From: Enterobacteria phage P922
DNA: 64,000 nt
Sequence record: OR999189.1
Strand: one strand, 5' to 3'
Every line of letters starts with the position of its first letter. Positions within the stretch are counted from its first letter, which is position 1. Below are positions 28,437 through 38,433 of the stretch, piece after piece. The translations under genes were made by a program, and so were the position numbers. The notes beneath the pieces are model-generated. The model saw nothing but the letters and a program-made list of their open reading frames with translations. It was not told where the DNA came from and ran no database searches.

Positions 28437-29363
28437 ATGAAAACTCGTAAACATTATATTGATTATTTTGACAGTCTTATTACTAAACATCGTAATTATC
28501 AGATAGGACATAGAGCAGTAATCAATAATATTCTTCGTGATTTTTTAGACTATATTGGATGGGAAAACCATATTTGTAAAGATACACAAAATGCGTATTC
28601 ACATTCTCTTGGTTCTTTGCTAGAGTGGTTCAAACGTTCCCGATTACTATCTTCTGTGATAGCTGTTAATAATGTTAAAAAATTTATGTATCCAAGCTAC
28701 ATTGAGACTAATGTATCAAATGCTAATGTTGTTACATTTAATATTATTAATGACGTGAAAAGAACTTATTTAGAAGAATGGTTTTCTAAAAATAGTAAAG
28801 AAAAATTTGCTAGTGAGTTTTCACATGAATTTAATAATAATGTGAATATGCTTTTTAAGCATTCTCGTAGACTGTTTTGTCATGGCGATGACCGTACTAT
28901 TAATGTAAATGTAAAAGATTGGGTTACGGCTAAATTTATTCCATCATCACAGAATGGACCATTTGAATTGTCAATTATTGTTTGTGCTCCGCATGAAATA
29001 TATAAAAATCTTCCATATATGAAACCGCGTGAAGCTAATAAACATAATAAAACGATTCGTTCTTTGACTTATAATCTTCGTACGTTATTGTCTAAAATGG
29101 ACGTAGTTGAATCCTTTGATGATAATACGAATTATGGTCTTTCACTGTTTGAAACTAAAGTTGTTATTAAGTTAAAGGACCCTAGTAAATTTAAACCTAC
29201 ACCAAAGCCCAATCATGGGAATGATACTATGAAAGAAGAACGCGAATATCTCAGTGCCCGTTTGATTGAAGTTGAAAAACAGATTGAAGAGCATACTAAA
29301 GTTATTAAGGCTTTAACCGCCAAAGCAAATGGTTTACGTGATGCTATTGAGGTACTGAAATGA
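28437..29363 (+). CDS. paralog-array protein D
   Basis: 308 aa; MKTR N-terminus; C-terminal coiled coil ...[33 protein letters not shown]. Confidence 0.55.
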   Translation: MKTRKHYIDYFDSLITKHRNYQIGHRAVINNILRDFLDYIGWENHICKDTQNAYSHSLGSLLEWFKRSRLLSSVIAVNNVKKFMYPSYIETNVSNANVVTFNIINDVKRTYLEEWFSKNSKEKFASEFSHEFNNNVNMLFKHSRRLFCHGDDRTINVNVKDWVTAKFIPSSQNGPFELSIIVCAPHEIYKNLPYMKPREANKHNKTIRSLTYNLRTLLSKMDVVESFDDNTNYGLSLFETKVVIKLKDPSKFKPTPKPNHGNDTMKEEREYLSARLIEVEKQIEEHTKVIKALTAKANGLRDAIEVLK

Positions 29364-29677
29364 AAAAGCGTTTATTAGAAGATATTGCAGCTTCAAGTAA
29401 TTCCAGTCTAATTAAAATTATTATGGCTGGTGAAGAAGACGATCTAGAAATGCGTGGAAAGATTCATGGTTGTGACGATCTAGACTTTAAACCTCCAGCT
29501 TGGGATGCCATTATGGTTATGGTTGAACGTCGCGAAAGGGCTTCTAAAAACGTTCCTAATTGTCCTGAATGCGGTACTGAACAGGTTCAATTAGTCCATT
29601 GGCAGACTAGTAATCTTCGTTATAAATGCCGTCATTGCAAACACCGATTTAACCGAGAAGAAAATGACAAAGCGTAA
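29360..29677 (+). CDS. small zinc-ribbon protein
   Basis: 105 aa; CPECG ... CRHCKH Cys pairs. Confidence 0.5.
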
Positions 29678-29906
29678 AGAATATATGGAGACTGCTGAAA
29701 AGGCAGTCCGTGAATTAGCAATAGCGTATTATAATGAACACGGTAAATTTCCTGATAGATACAGCGTGCTTAAATCTGCTTTAACTCGTTCATATAAAAA
29801 TATGCTATCAGAAGTAAGTGATATTATATACAAACATAAAGAACAAACAGGTCAAAGTCTTGATTACGACGAGACTTTTAAACAAGTACTAGGAATTAAG
29901 GAATAA
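29664..29906 (+). CDS. hypothetical protein
   Basis: 80 aa ORF. Confidence 0.45.
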
Positions 29907-29907
29907 T

Positions 29908-30171
29908 ATGTTTAAAGTATATGGCTATGATAGCAACATCCACAAATGTGTGTATTGCGATAATGCAAAACGTCTTTTGACTGTGAAGAAACAGCCGTTT
30001 GAATTTATCAACATTATGCCGGAAAAAGGTGTTTTTGATGACGAGAAAATTGCTGAGCTTCTGACGAAACTAAGTCGTGATACTCAAATCGGATTGACGA
30101 TGCCACAAGTATTTGCTCCTGATGGAAGTCATATTGGTGGATTTGACCAATTGCGGGAATACTTTAAATGA
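29908..30171 (+). CDS. nrdC: thioredoxin/glutaredoxin NrdC
   Basis: 87 aa; CVYC redox motif; MFKVYGYDSNIHKCVYCDNAKRLL matches recalled T4 thioredoxin. Confidence 0.9.
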   Translation: MFKVYGYDSNIHKCVYCDNAKRLLTVKKQPFEFINIMPEKGVFDDEKIAELLTKLSRDTQIGLTMPQVFAPDGSHIGGFDQLREYFK

Positions 30172-30476
30172 TAGAATTAAATGAACAGACTATTTTTCTA
30201 GGCGATGGCACAGAAGACGAACTGGAATATAAACTATATGAATATATGGTTTGGTTAGCTAAAGCAGAAGGTATAGACTTTGTTGTGGCTAACCCGTATG
30301 GCGAGAACACGGTTGTAATCGGTGGTACTGCTTATGAAGTCCAATGGCAATACGTTGGGCTTGAATCTGAAGAATTTGAAGAAGATGAGCATGGTGATTG
30401 GCATCCAGTGGGTCCTTGGTATTGGGAAAACGGTGAACCTGATTTTGAAGTGTCGAGTTGGTGGTGTGATAAATGA
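30168..30476 (+). CDS. hypothetical acidic protein
   Basis: 102 aa ORF. Confidence 0.45.
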   Translation: MIELNEQTIFLGDGTEDELEYKLYEYMVWLAKAEGIDFVVANPYGENTVVIGGTAYEVQWQYVGLESEEFEEDEHGDWHPVGPWYWENGEPDFEVSSWWCDK

Positions 30477-30793
30477 CTATTGAAAATAAATTAGATGTTG
30501 ATGCAGTTCTGAGTGAAATCATTGAAGACCATGATGCATTTTCAGAAAATTATGATTTTGATTTTTCAGACTATCTTAAACCTGTCGAAATAGAAGACTG
30601 GGTACAAGATGGCAAATGTCAATATCGGCAGTGTGTTTATTTTAGCCCAAAACATAATGTACATGTTTCCGTAAATGAATGCCGTTCAGGTTCTTACCAT
30701 TCTGACTGGTATTATGCAGTTCCGACTGTTGAATTAGTCGAGCCCCGTGAACGTGTAGTAACTCAGACAATACGAGAATGGATTACGCTATAA
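30473..30793 (+). CDS. hypothetical protein
   Basis: 106 aa ORF. Confidence 0.45.
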   Translation: MTIENKLDVDAVLSEIIEDHDAFSENYDFDFSDYLKPVEIEDWVQDGKCQYRQCVYFSPKHNVHVSVNECRSGSYHSDWYYAVPTVELVEPRERVVTQTIREWITL

Positions 30794-30916
30794 AACCTTG
30801 GTGGGCGGCTAGATGGGAAACAGTAGAGCCAGAGCCGGAAGAACCGGTTTACACTGATGAAGAAACAGTATATAATGAACCTACGATAAATGACTTAATT
30901 GATATGGAGATGGGAC

Positions 30917-31363
30917 ATGATTACAGTAGATAAGTGGTTTAGAATTAATCGTGCTGATAAAGGGCTATGTAATTATTGGCCAGAACTTAGTGCAGGTACT
31001 GTCTTTAAAGTTCGTGAACTCGCAAAAGAATGCGAAGATGATATAGAACCTGATACTGGAATTATTGAAATTGAACTTTCTGATGGAAAGATTATTAACA
31101 TCTATGATAAGCCAATTACGTATTGGTGCTTGTGGAATACTGAATCAGTAGAAAATGGCGAGATTGAAGAAGTTGTAGAACGAGTTGATCAAGCTATTCA
31201 TAAACCTAAAGCCGCTTTTCAAGGTGAACGCATTTCATATGCATTAGCTAAATTAGCTGCGCAAGAAAACAACGATGGCTATGAAGGAAATTTGATGCAA
31301 GCTGCGGCAGAATATATTGAATGGCTTGAAACTCAAATTTCTTTTTCTGACCGAGCATTTTAA
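30917..31363 (+). CDS. hypothetical protein (possibly Pin-like by position)
   Basis: ATG 30917 after GGAGATGGGAC; 148 aa. Confidence 0.4.
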   Translation: MITVDKWFRINRADKGLCNYWPELSAGTVFKVRELAKECEDDIEPDTGIIEIELSDGKIINIYDKPITYWCLWNTESVENGEIEEVVERVDQAIHKPKAAFQGERISYALAKLAAQENNDGYEGNLMQAAAEYIEWLETQISFSDRAF

Positions 31364-31540
31364 TGAAAACTGAATTGGTTTATACTGAAAAGTTAAATGG
31401 TGGTAAGGTTTGGAAACTTTTTATTAAAGGAAGTCCTACCGACTCTAATATGACCACTTGTGTAGGAACTTATTCTCGTCCTACTAAAAAGATGATTCGG
31501 CAATATAAGCGATTGCATCGAATGTTTTACAATACTTGAA
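31364..31540 (+). CDS. hypothetical small protein (below the ORF-track cutoff)
   Basis: ATG 31364 overlapping upstream stop (TAATG); 58 codons. Confidence 0.3.
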
Positions 31541-31580
31541 AATAATAAATACCCTTATCTATTTAAGGTAAGGGTTTATT

Positions 31581-32054
31581 ATGTTATTGACTGGCAAATT
31601 ATATAAAGAAGAAAAACAGAAATTTTATGATGCACAAAACGGTAAATGCTTAATTTGCCAACGAGAATTAAATCCTGATGTTCAAGCTAATCACCTTGAC
31701 CATGACCATGAATTAAATGGACCGAAAGCAGGAAAGGTACGTGGATTGCTTTGTAATCTCTGCAATGCTGCAGAAGGTCAAATGAAACATAAATTTAATC
31801 GTTCTGGTTTAAAGGGACAAGGTGTTGATTATCTTGAATGGTTAGAAAATTTACTTACTTATTTAAAATCCGATTACACCCAAAATAATATTCACCCTAA
31901 CTTTGTTGGAGATAAATCAAAGGAATTTTCTCGTTTAGGAAAAGAGGAAATGATGGCTGAGATGCTTCAAAGAGGATTTGAATATAATGAATCTGACACT
32001 AAAACACAATTAATAGCTTCATTTAAGAAGCAGCTTAGAAAGAGTTTAAAATGA
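31581..32054 (+). CDS. 49: recombination endonuclease VII (gp49, Holliday junction resolvase)
   Basis: 157 aa; MLLTGKLYKEEKQKFYDAQNGKCLICQREL... matches recalled T4 endo VII. Confidence 0.95.
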   Translation: MLLTGKLYKEEKQKFYDAQNGKCLICQRELNPDVQANHLDHDHELNGPKAGKVRGLLCNLCNAAEGQMKHKFNRSGLKGQGVDYLEWLENLLTYLKSDYTQNNIHPNFVGDKSKEFSRLGKEEMMAEMLQRGFEYNESDTKTQLIASFKKQLRKSLK

Positions 32055-33868
32055 CAATTGAAAAAGAAATTGAAGGATTGATTCATAAAACTAATAAAGA
32101 CCTTTTAAACGAGAATGCTAATAAAGATTCTCGTGTTTTTCCAACTCAACGGGACCTTATGGCTGGTATTGTGTCTAAACACATTGCCAAAAATATGGTC
32201 CCGTCTTTTATTATGAAAGCGCATGAAAGCGGAATTATCCATTTCCACGATATTGATTATTCCCCTGCTCTTCCATTTACTAATTGTTGTTTAGTAGATT
32301 TAAAAGGAATGCTTGAAAACGGATTTAAGCTCGGCAATGCACAGATTGAAACTCCTAAATCAATCGGCGTTGCTACTGCAATTATGGCACAAATTACTGC
32401 ACAGGTTGCTTCCCATCAATACGGTGGAACGACTTTTGCGAATGTAGATAAAATCCTTTCTCCTTATGTTAAACGCACCTATGCAAAACATATTGAAGAC
32501 GCGGAAAAATGGCAAATCACTGATGCGTTGAATTATGCCCAATCTAAAACAGAAAAAGACGTATACGATGCATTCCAAGCTTATGAATATGAAGTAAATA
32601 CTCTCTTTAGTTCAAACGGACAAACGCCTTTTGTAACAATTACATTTGGTACGGGAACTGACTGGACTGAACGAATGATTCAGAAAGCAATTCTGAAAAA
32701 TCGTATTAAAGGTCTTGGTCGTGATGGGATAACTCCTATTTTCCCTAAGCTTGTTATGTTCGTTGAAGAAGGTGTTAATCTTTATAAAGACGATCCGAAC
32801 TATGATATTAAGCAGCTTGCTCTAGAGTGTGCAAGCAAAAGAATGTATCCTGACATCATTTCGGCTAAGAACAATAAAGCTATCACCGGTTCATCTATTC
32901 CTGTTTCTCCAATGGGTTGTCGTAGTTTCTTGGGCGTATGGAAAGATTCGACTGGTAATGAAATTCTTGATGGACGTAATAATCTTGGTGTTGTAACACT
33001 AAATCTTCCTCGTATTGCGTTAGATTCTTATATTGGAACACAGTTCAATGAACAGAAATTTGCCGAATTGTTCAATGAACGAATGGATTTATGTTTTGAA
33101 GCATTGATGTGTAGAATTAGTTCCTTAAAAGGAGTTAAAGCTACTGTTGCTCCTATTCTTTACCAAGAAGGCGCATTCGGGGTTCGTCTTAAACCTGATG
33201 ACGATATAATTGAGTTATTTAAAAACGGTAGAAGTTCAGTGTCCTTAGGATACATTGGTATTCACGAATTGAATATTCTTGTCGGTCGTGATATTGGACA
33301 AGAAATTTTAACTAAAATGAATGCTCATCTTAAGCAGTGGACTGAAAGAACCGGTTTTGCTTTTAGTTTGTATTCTACACCTGCTGAAAACCTGTGCTAT
33401 CGCTTCTGTAAACTTGATACCGAAAAATATGGAAGTGTAAAGGATGTTACTGATAAAGGCTGGTACACTAACAGTTTCCACGTTTCAGTAGAAGAAAATA
33501 TTACTCCGTTTGAAAAGATTTCTCGCGAAGCCCCATATCATTTCATTGCGACAGGTGGTCACATTTCTTATGTTGAACTTCCTGATATGAAAAATAACCT
33601 AAAGGGTCTTGAGGCTGTATGGGATTATGCTGCACAACATTTAGATTATTTTGGTGTTAATATGCCAGTAGATAAATGTTTTACATGTGGAAGTACCCAT
33701 GAAATGACTCCTACTGAAAACGGATTTGTTTGTTCTATTTGTGGAGAAACTGATCCTAAAAAGATGAACACAATAAGAAGAACTTGTGGTTATTTGGGAA
33801 ATCCGAATGAACGCGGATTTAATCTCGGCAAAAATAAAGAAATCATGCATAGGGTTAAACACCAATGA
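32051..33868 (+). CDS. nrdD: anaerobic ribonucleoside-triphosphate reductase NrdD (uninterrupted, no intron)
   Basis: 605 aa; C-terminal Cys cluster; contiguous reading frame. Confidence 0.95.
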   Translation: MTIEKEIEGLIHKTNKDLLNENANKDSRVFPTQRDLMAGIVSKHIAKNMVPSFIMKAHESGIIHFHDIDYSPALPFTNCCLVDLKGMLENGFKLGNAQIETPKSIGVATAIMAQITAQVASHQYGGTTFANVDKILSPYVKRTYAKHIEDAEKWQITDALNYAQSKTEKDVYDAFQAYEYEVNTLFSSNGQTPFVTITFGTGTDWTERMIQKAILKNRIKGLGRDGITPIFPKLVMFVEEGVNLYKDDPNYDIKQLALECASKRMYPDIISAKNNKAITGSSIPVSPMGCRSFLGVWKDSTGNEILDGRNNLGVVTLNLPRIALDSYIGTQFNEQKFAELFNERMDLCFEALMCRISSLKGVKATVAPILYQEGAFGVRLKPDDDIIELFKNGRSSVSLGYIGIHELNILVGRDIGQEILTKMNAHLKQWTERTGFAFSLYSTPAENLCYRFCKLDTEKYGSVKDVTDKGWYTNSFHVSVEENITPFEKISREAPYHFIATGGHISYVELPDMKNNLKGLEAVWDYAAQHLDYFGVNMPVDKCFTCGSTHEMTPTENGFVCSICGETDPKKMNTIRRTCGYLGNPNERGFNLGKNKEIMHRVKHQ

Positions 33869-34335
33869 ATTACGATAGATTTTATCCCTGCGATTTTGTA
33901 AATGGCCCTGGATGCAGGGTCGTTCTTTTCGTTACGGGGTGTTTGCATAAATGTGAAGGGTGTTATAATAAATCAACATGGAATGCTAGAAATGGCGTTC
34001 CATTCACTGGTGAAACACTAGAACAATTAATTGAATGTTTGAATAATGATTATATAGAAGGATTAACTATAACTGGAGGAGACCCTCTTTATCCTGATAA
34101 CCGAGATGATGTTCATTGCATTGTTCAAACGGTAAAAAATCTTTATCCGAATAAAAGCATTTGGTTGTGGACAGGATATAAGTTTGAAGATATTAAACAA
34201 CTAGAAATGCTTAAATATGTTGATGTTATTATTGATGGGAAGTATGAGAAAAATCTTCCGACCAAAAAGCTGTGGCGAGGTTCAGATAATCAGCGGCTTT
34301 GGTCAAATACCGATGGGGTGTGGAAACATGATTAA
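33865..34335 (+). CDS. nrdG: anaerobic RNR activating radical-SAM protein NrdG
   Basis: 156 aa; CxxxCxxC (CLHKCEGC) radical-SAM cluster motif. Confidence 0.9.
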   Translation: MNYDRFYPCDFVNGPGCRVVLFVTGCLHKCEGCYNKSTWNARNGVPFTGETLEQLIECLNNDYIEGLTITGGDPLYPDNRDDVHCIVQTVKNLYPNKSIWLWTGYKFEDIKQLEMLKYVDVIIDGKYEKNLPTKKLWRGSDNQRLWSNTDGVWKHD

Positions 34336-34449
34336 ACTGAATTATATTATTGATACTATAAATGATATGGTTTTTCATTTTGGTCCAGAATTTTATTCGC
34401 AGTATAGTTTAGTACTTATCAATGCTTGGTTAATAAATTAAGGGTAAAT

Positions 34450-34665
34450 ATGTATAAATTTCGTAAAGGTTTAGCTGATTTTCTTACAACTGTGACGTTC
34501 TTTTTGTTTATGGCAGTTGGTGCTATTTTTCTTATTCCTTTTATTGCTATATTTTTCGTGATTAGTTTGATTTCTCCAGAAAAAGGCTTATCTTCTAGCG
34601 AGTTCAATGAGCGTCTGGATAAAATTACTAACAAACTGAATTCTGTTCTTGACAAAAAGGCTTAA
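34450..34665 (+). CDS. small membrane protein
   Basis: ATG 34450; hydrophobic core FFLFMAVGAIFLIPFIAIFFVISLI. Confidence 0.45.
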   Translation: MYKFRKGLADFLTTVTFFLFMAVGAIFLIPFIAIFFVISLISPEKGLSSSEFNERLDKITNKLNSVLDKKA

Positions 34666-34667
34666 TT

Positions 34668-34979
34668 ATGATTAGTTTTGAGCGGTATGTGGTAGAGAGT
34701 TGGAAGGGTTTTGATATGTTCGGTAATGACTATTATTTCTATGAATGTAGTCTAAATCCTAGTTTTTGGGCTGGACGAGAACGAGAACTCGAAGAAATTA
34801 ATAACCGTGCTGAATTGTTAGGTGAATTACCTACGGTTTATTTTACCTTTGATGCATCTGGATTTGTTATCCAGGTTTATTTTCCTGAAGAAAATTCTGG
34901 CGATGATTCTGTTAACCCGCCATACTGGGCTTATCAAGGAATTATTTCTCGTGGAACAAAACTCGAACTTAAAGAATAA
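34668..34979 (+). CDS. hypothetical protein
   Basis: 103 aa ORF. Confidence 0.45.
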   Translation: MISFERYVVESWKGFDMFGNDYYFYECSLNPSFWAGRERELEEINNRAELLGELPTVYFTFDASGFVIQVYFPEENSGDDSVNPPYWAYQGIISRGTKLELKE

Positions 34980-35274
34980 GATTGAAGTCTATGGAATTCC
35001 AGATGAAGTAGGTCGTTGTCCTGGATGTCAATCAGTTACAAAACTTCTAAAGGAGCTCAATGCTCCTTTTACTTTCTATAAAGTTCTTACAAATAATGGT
35101 AAGATTGAGTATGATCGTCCACTGATTGTATCTCTTGCTAAACGCGCTGGATTCACATCTCTTAACATTCGTTATCCAGTCATTTTCATCAATGATTCTA
35201 GACAAAAGAACATTAAACACTTCAAAGAAACTCTCATTTCACTTGGATATGATAGAGATATCATAGAAGACTAA
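34951..35274 (+). CDS. glutaredoxin-like (NrdH-like) protein, start codon uncertain
   Basis: GRCPGCQS redox motif from about 34981; no in-frame ATG after the upstream stop, GTG at 34951 is the nearest candidate. Confidence 0.4.
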   Translation: MEQNSNLKNKIEVYGIPDEVGRCPGCQSVTKLLKELNAPFTFYKVLTNNGKIEYDRPLIVSLAKRAGFTSLNIRYPVIFINDSRQKNIKHFKETLISLGYDRDIIED

Positions 35275-35276
35275 GA

Positions 35277-35297
35277 CGGGCCCTCTGGGCCTTTCTT
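35277..35297 (+). terminator. putative terminator hairpin
   Basis: GGGCCC-TCT-GGGCC + TTTCTTTCTC. Confidence 0.45.
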
Positions 35298-35370
35298 TCT
35301 CACATTCTGTATATTACCATTCTAACTATCATTCACTTCTTATCATTCCCTAAAATAATTTCACAAAGTT

Positions 35371-35400
35371 GTTTACAACAAGTTCAAACTGTGGTATTAT
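35371..35400 (+). promoter_or_regulatory. T4-type early promoter
   Basis: ATTTCACAAAGTTGTTTACA ... TGTGGTATTAT. Confidence 0.6.
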
Positions 35401-35430
35401 TAACATATGAATTGCCTTTGAGGATTTGAT

Positions 35431-35613
35431 ATGGTTGTGGTTGATAAAGAGATTAAAAAGGGGCAATATTATTTTATTAATGGTAATGTTGTTCGTGTTA
35501 CTTATGTAAACGGTTTTGAAGTTTATTATCTTATACTCAAGTTACATAAACAGATGATTTGTGATCGTGCTGTATTTAGTTCAGTTGCTAAGGAAATTAA
35601 ACTCCATGGGTAA
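35431..35613 (+). CDS. hypothetical small protein
   Basis: 60 aa ORF. Confidence 0.4.
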   Translation: MVVVDKEIKKGQYYFINGNVVRVTYVNGFEVYYLILKLHKQMICDRAVFSSVAKEIKLHG

Positions 35614-35899
35614 AACGTATCGTCGTAAAGATTTAAAAGTACGTGATTATGACTATTTCGGAAAGCGTAAAGCTCCTGATGGTGTAAGTCATAAAGATAT
35701 GGTTGAAAACATTTTTCGCTCTGATAAATGGCGTAGAATGAAAGGAATTGATTCAGAAGTTAAAGATGAGTTAAATCGTCAATTACGTAGTGAAGTAAGA
35801 AAGTTGAAAAAATCAGTTTACATTGATGACGATTTTGATTATAATACTTCTCAACGAGTTGCTAAGCGTAAATCAAACGAGTGCTATCGTTACAGCTGA
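35609..35899 (+). CDS. hypothetical basic protein
   Basis: ATG 35609 (MGKTYRRKDLK...); Lys/Arg-rich. Confidence 0.4.
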   Translation, partial: GKTYRRKDLKVRDYDYFGKRKAPDGVSHKDMVENIFRSDKWRRMKGIDSEVKDELNRQLRSEVRKLKKSVYIDDDFDYNTSQRVAKRKSNECYRYS

Positions 35900-36038
35900 G
35901 GAAAATATGAATATCAAACGCATGCTTTTTAAACAAGGATTATACACTTTAAATGTTGCTCCAAAAGGCGATACGACCAAGTGGTCAGTAAATGACTGGA
36001 TTAAATTCATTGATGAAAACGGTAACTGGAAAATTTAA

Positions 36039-36239
36039 ATGAATCCTGAATCTAAATTATCACAACGAATTGCCGAAGCTCGTCGTCAGTTCTTTGAAAA
36101 TATGATAGCCCAAGGTATTGATGACGAAGTTTTTCTGAACTGGTTTTGGAATCACAAATATTCAAAATGCGCAGGAGCAATATTAATATCAGCTGCAATG
36201 ATGTACGAAGGCTGGAAGGGTGCCAAACGGTTTAGCTAA
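36039..36239 (+). CDS. hypothetical small protein
   Basis: 66 aa ORF ending at a hairpin terminator. Confidence 0.4.
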   Translation: MNPESKLSQRIAEARRQFFENMIAQGIDDEVFLNWFWNHKYSKCAGAILISAAMMYEGWKGAKRFS

Positions 36240-36256
36240 GGGCTTCGGCCCTTTTT
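36239..36256 (+). terminator. intrinsic terminator
   Basis: AGGGC-TTCG-GCCCT + TTTTT. Confidence 0.6.
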
Positions 36257-36291
36257 GGATAATAAAATTTTAACGCAATTGAGGATAATGT

Positions 36292-36618
36292 ATGACTATT
36301 CAAATTAAAAACGCCATCAATTCTTATGCATATGATAAAGTAGTTTCTTTGCTAGAAAAAGGCGATATTGTAACTCCTCAAATTTTGGATAAATGGGAAA
36401 AAGAGCTTCATCAGACGATGAAACAGAATGATCAGAAAATTGGACGCAATACTATCCGTGAATTGTTGGTTCAATATATCCTGTCAGAATTTGATGTTAA
36501 AGCTTTTGGTGTAGAATCTAAAGCTTATCAAAAACATGAAATTTCCGATAAAACTATTCGTCGTATGAAAAATCAACGCAAGAAAAAATTTGCTGACCTG
36601 AAAATTACTAAGGCATAA
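36292..36618 (+). CDS. hypothetical protein
   Basis: 108 aa ORF. Confidence 0.45.
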   Translation: MTIQIKNAINSYAYDKVVSLLEKGDIVTPQILDKWEKELHQTMKQNDQKIGRNTIRELLVQYILSEFDVKAFGVESKAYQKHEISDKTIRRMKNQRKKKFADLKITKA

Positions 36619-36620
36619 TT

Positions 36621-36836
36621 ATGAACGAAGCTCTTATTAACGATTTACGTCTTGCCGGATATGAAGTAAATATAAACGGCGTTGGTTTAACTCAAATTGA
36701 AGGAAATGGATTCATCCTTGAGTATGAATTTAGCCAATGGTGGTTATATGCCAATTACGGTAAACTGATTGAATATGTTGACCAATTTGATTCACTAGAT
36801 GCAGCTCTTGAAGCGGCTAAGTTGATGAATGCATGA
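36621..36836 (+). CDS. hypothetical small protein
   Basis: 71 aa ORF. Confidence 0.4.
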   Translation: MNEALINDLRLAGYEVNINGVGLTQIEGNGFILEYEFSQWWLYANYGKLIEYVDQFDSLDAALEAAKLMNA

Positions 36837-37102
36837 AATTTATTAATATTTCTATTACTATTGAAAATTATGGAATTTTCTATGTTGACCAATATATGAA
36901 AATTTCATTTTTCCCAAATAAGACTGGTGTTGGATATTGGGAAAGCCATGTTTCTGAATTAAATGAAAGTGAATATGTTAGCACACATGAAAAGTTTTTA
37001 GACTTTTTATATCATGCTGATTTAACTAGTCATTACATAGATATTCATGAATTTAAAAAGATGATGGAGAAAGTGTTCCAAGCATACTGTTTACTTAGAT
37101 AA
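36833..37102 (+). CDS. hypothetical small protein
   Basis: 89 aa ORF. Confidence 0.4.
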   Translation: MKFINISITIENYGIFYVDQYMKISFFPNKTGVGYWESHVSELNESEYVSTHEKFLDFLYHADLTSHYIDIHEFKKMMEKVFQAYCLLR

Positions 37103-37182
37103 CTGATTCATCCTCTATGCTTTAAGATAGATCTTCAAATATTATGATATAATAGATCTATGAATTGAGCTAAGAGGTGAAA

Positions 37183-37740
37183 ATGTCAGAAACTAAGCCT
37201 AAATATAATTACGTAAACAATAAAGAGCTTTTACAAGCTATTATTGATTGGAAAACAGAATTAGCAAATAATAAAGACCCAAATAAAGTAGTTCGTCAGA
37301 ATGATACTATCGGATTAGCCATTATGCTTATTGCAGAAGGCTTATCTAAACGTTTCAACTTTTCAGGATACACCCAATCCTGGAAACAAGAAATGATTGC
37401 AGATGGTATAGAAGCTTCTATTAAGGGGCTTCATAATTTTGACGAAACGAAATATAAAAACCCACATGCATATATAACTCAAGCTTGTTTTAATGCATTC
37501 GTCCAACGTATTAAAAAAGAACGTAAGGAAGTTGCAAAGAAATATAGTTACTTCGTTCACAATGTCTATGACAGTCGTGACGACGATATGGTTGCGTTAG
37601 TAGATGAAACTTTTATTCAAGACATCTACGATAAAATGACGCATTACGAAGAATCAACCTATAGAACACCGGGGGCTGAAAAGAAAAGTGTTGTAGACGA
37701 TTCTCCTAGTTTGGATTTTTTATATGAGGCTAACGATTAA
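37183..37740 (+). CDS. 55: late-transcription sigma factor gp55
   Basis: 185 aa from ATG 37183: [24 protein letters not shown]... matches recalled T4 gp55. Confidence 0.9.
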
Positions 37741-37942
37741 CCTCTCCGGATTCTTGGAAGAAATACCTGAAGTTGAAGCTATTCCCTATTTACTTAAAAT
37801 GTATCTCAGGGAAGTTTTAGCTCTTGACATTGATATTGATCCAGAAAATCCGTATGATACCGCTTTTAAATCTAATGGTGTAGAATTAAACTATCGGTAT
37901 CATTTAACAGATGATGATTTTTATTTTATATTAGAGAAATAA
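37724..37942 (+). CDS. hypothetical small protein
   Basis: 72 aa ORF. Confidence 0.4.
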
Positions 37943-37943
37943 T

Positions 37944-38261
37944 ATGACTGATAAACCCGAAATTAATGATGAAGTGGAAAAGCTTATTTCTTCTATTGAA
38001 GAAAAGAACCGTCTTGAAGCAGAAAGAAAAGCAAATAAGTTATTGTCTAAAAATAAACGCGAACTGAACCGTCTTTATAAACACGCTCAGATTGCAGCTG
38101 AAAACAATAATTTTGCTCAATACGAATATGCTATCAAGAAAAGTCGGGATATTCTAAAACAGCCATATAACGATGAACTTATTAGTATTCTTTGGAAGAC
38201 TACTAGATCGCAGATTGAGGATATGATTGATGCTTACACACGTAAAATTCAAGCGTCTTAA
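37944..38261 (+). CDS. hypothetical helical protein
   Basis: 105 aa ORF. Confidence 0.45.
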   Translation: MTDKPEINDEVEKLISSIEEKNRLEAERKANKLLSKNKRELNRLYKHAQIAAENNNFAQYEYAIKKSRDILKQPYNDELISILWKTTRSQIEDMIDAYTRKIQAS

Positions 38262-38433
38262 AATTAATGCAGGATTTACTGAATCTTTGAATGGTCATCT
38301 TTGCGTGAAAATTTCTGAAAAAGAATACCATGATAGTTCAATCAAAGAAGTTAATCCTCCTATTGTAAGAGCAGACCCTAATATGAAAGTGTGGGTTGAT
38401 TCTTATCAAGTCAAAAAATGGTGGCAACTGTGA
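38227..38433 (+). CDS. hypothetical small protein
   Basis: 68 aa ORF. Confidence 0.35.
   Translation: MMLTHVKFKRLKINAGFTESLNGHLCVKISEKEYHDSSIKEVNPPIVRADPNMKVWVDSYQVKKWWQL

Noticed and set aside
32051-33868. Group I intron / intron homing endonuclease in nrdD
   Set aside because: The reading frame is continuous for 605 codons with no insertion.
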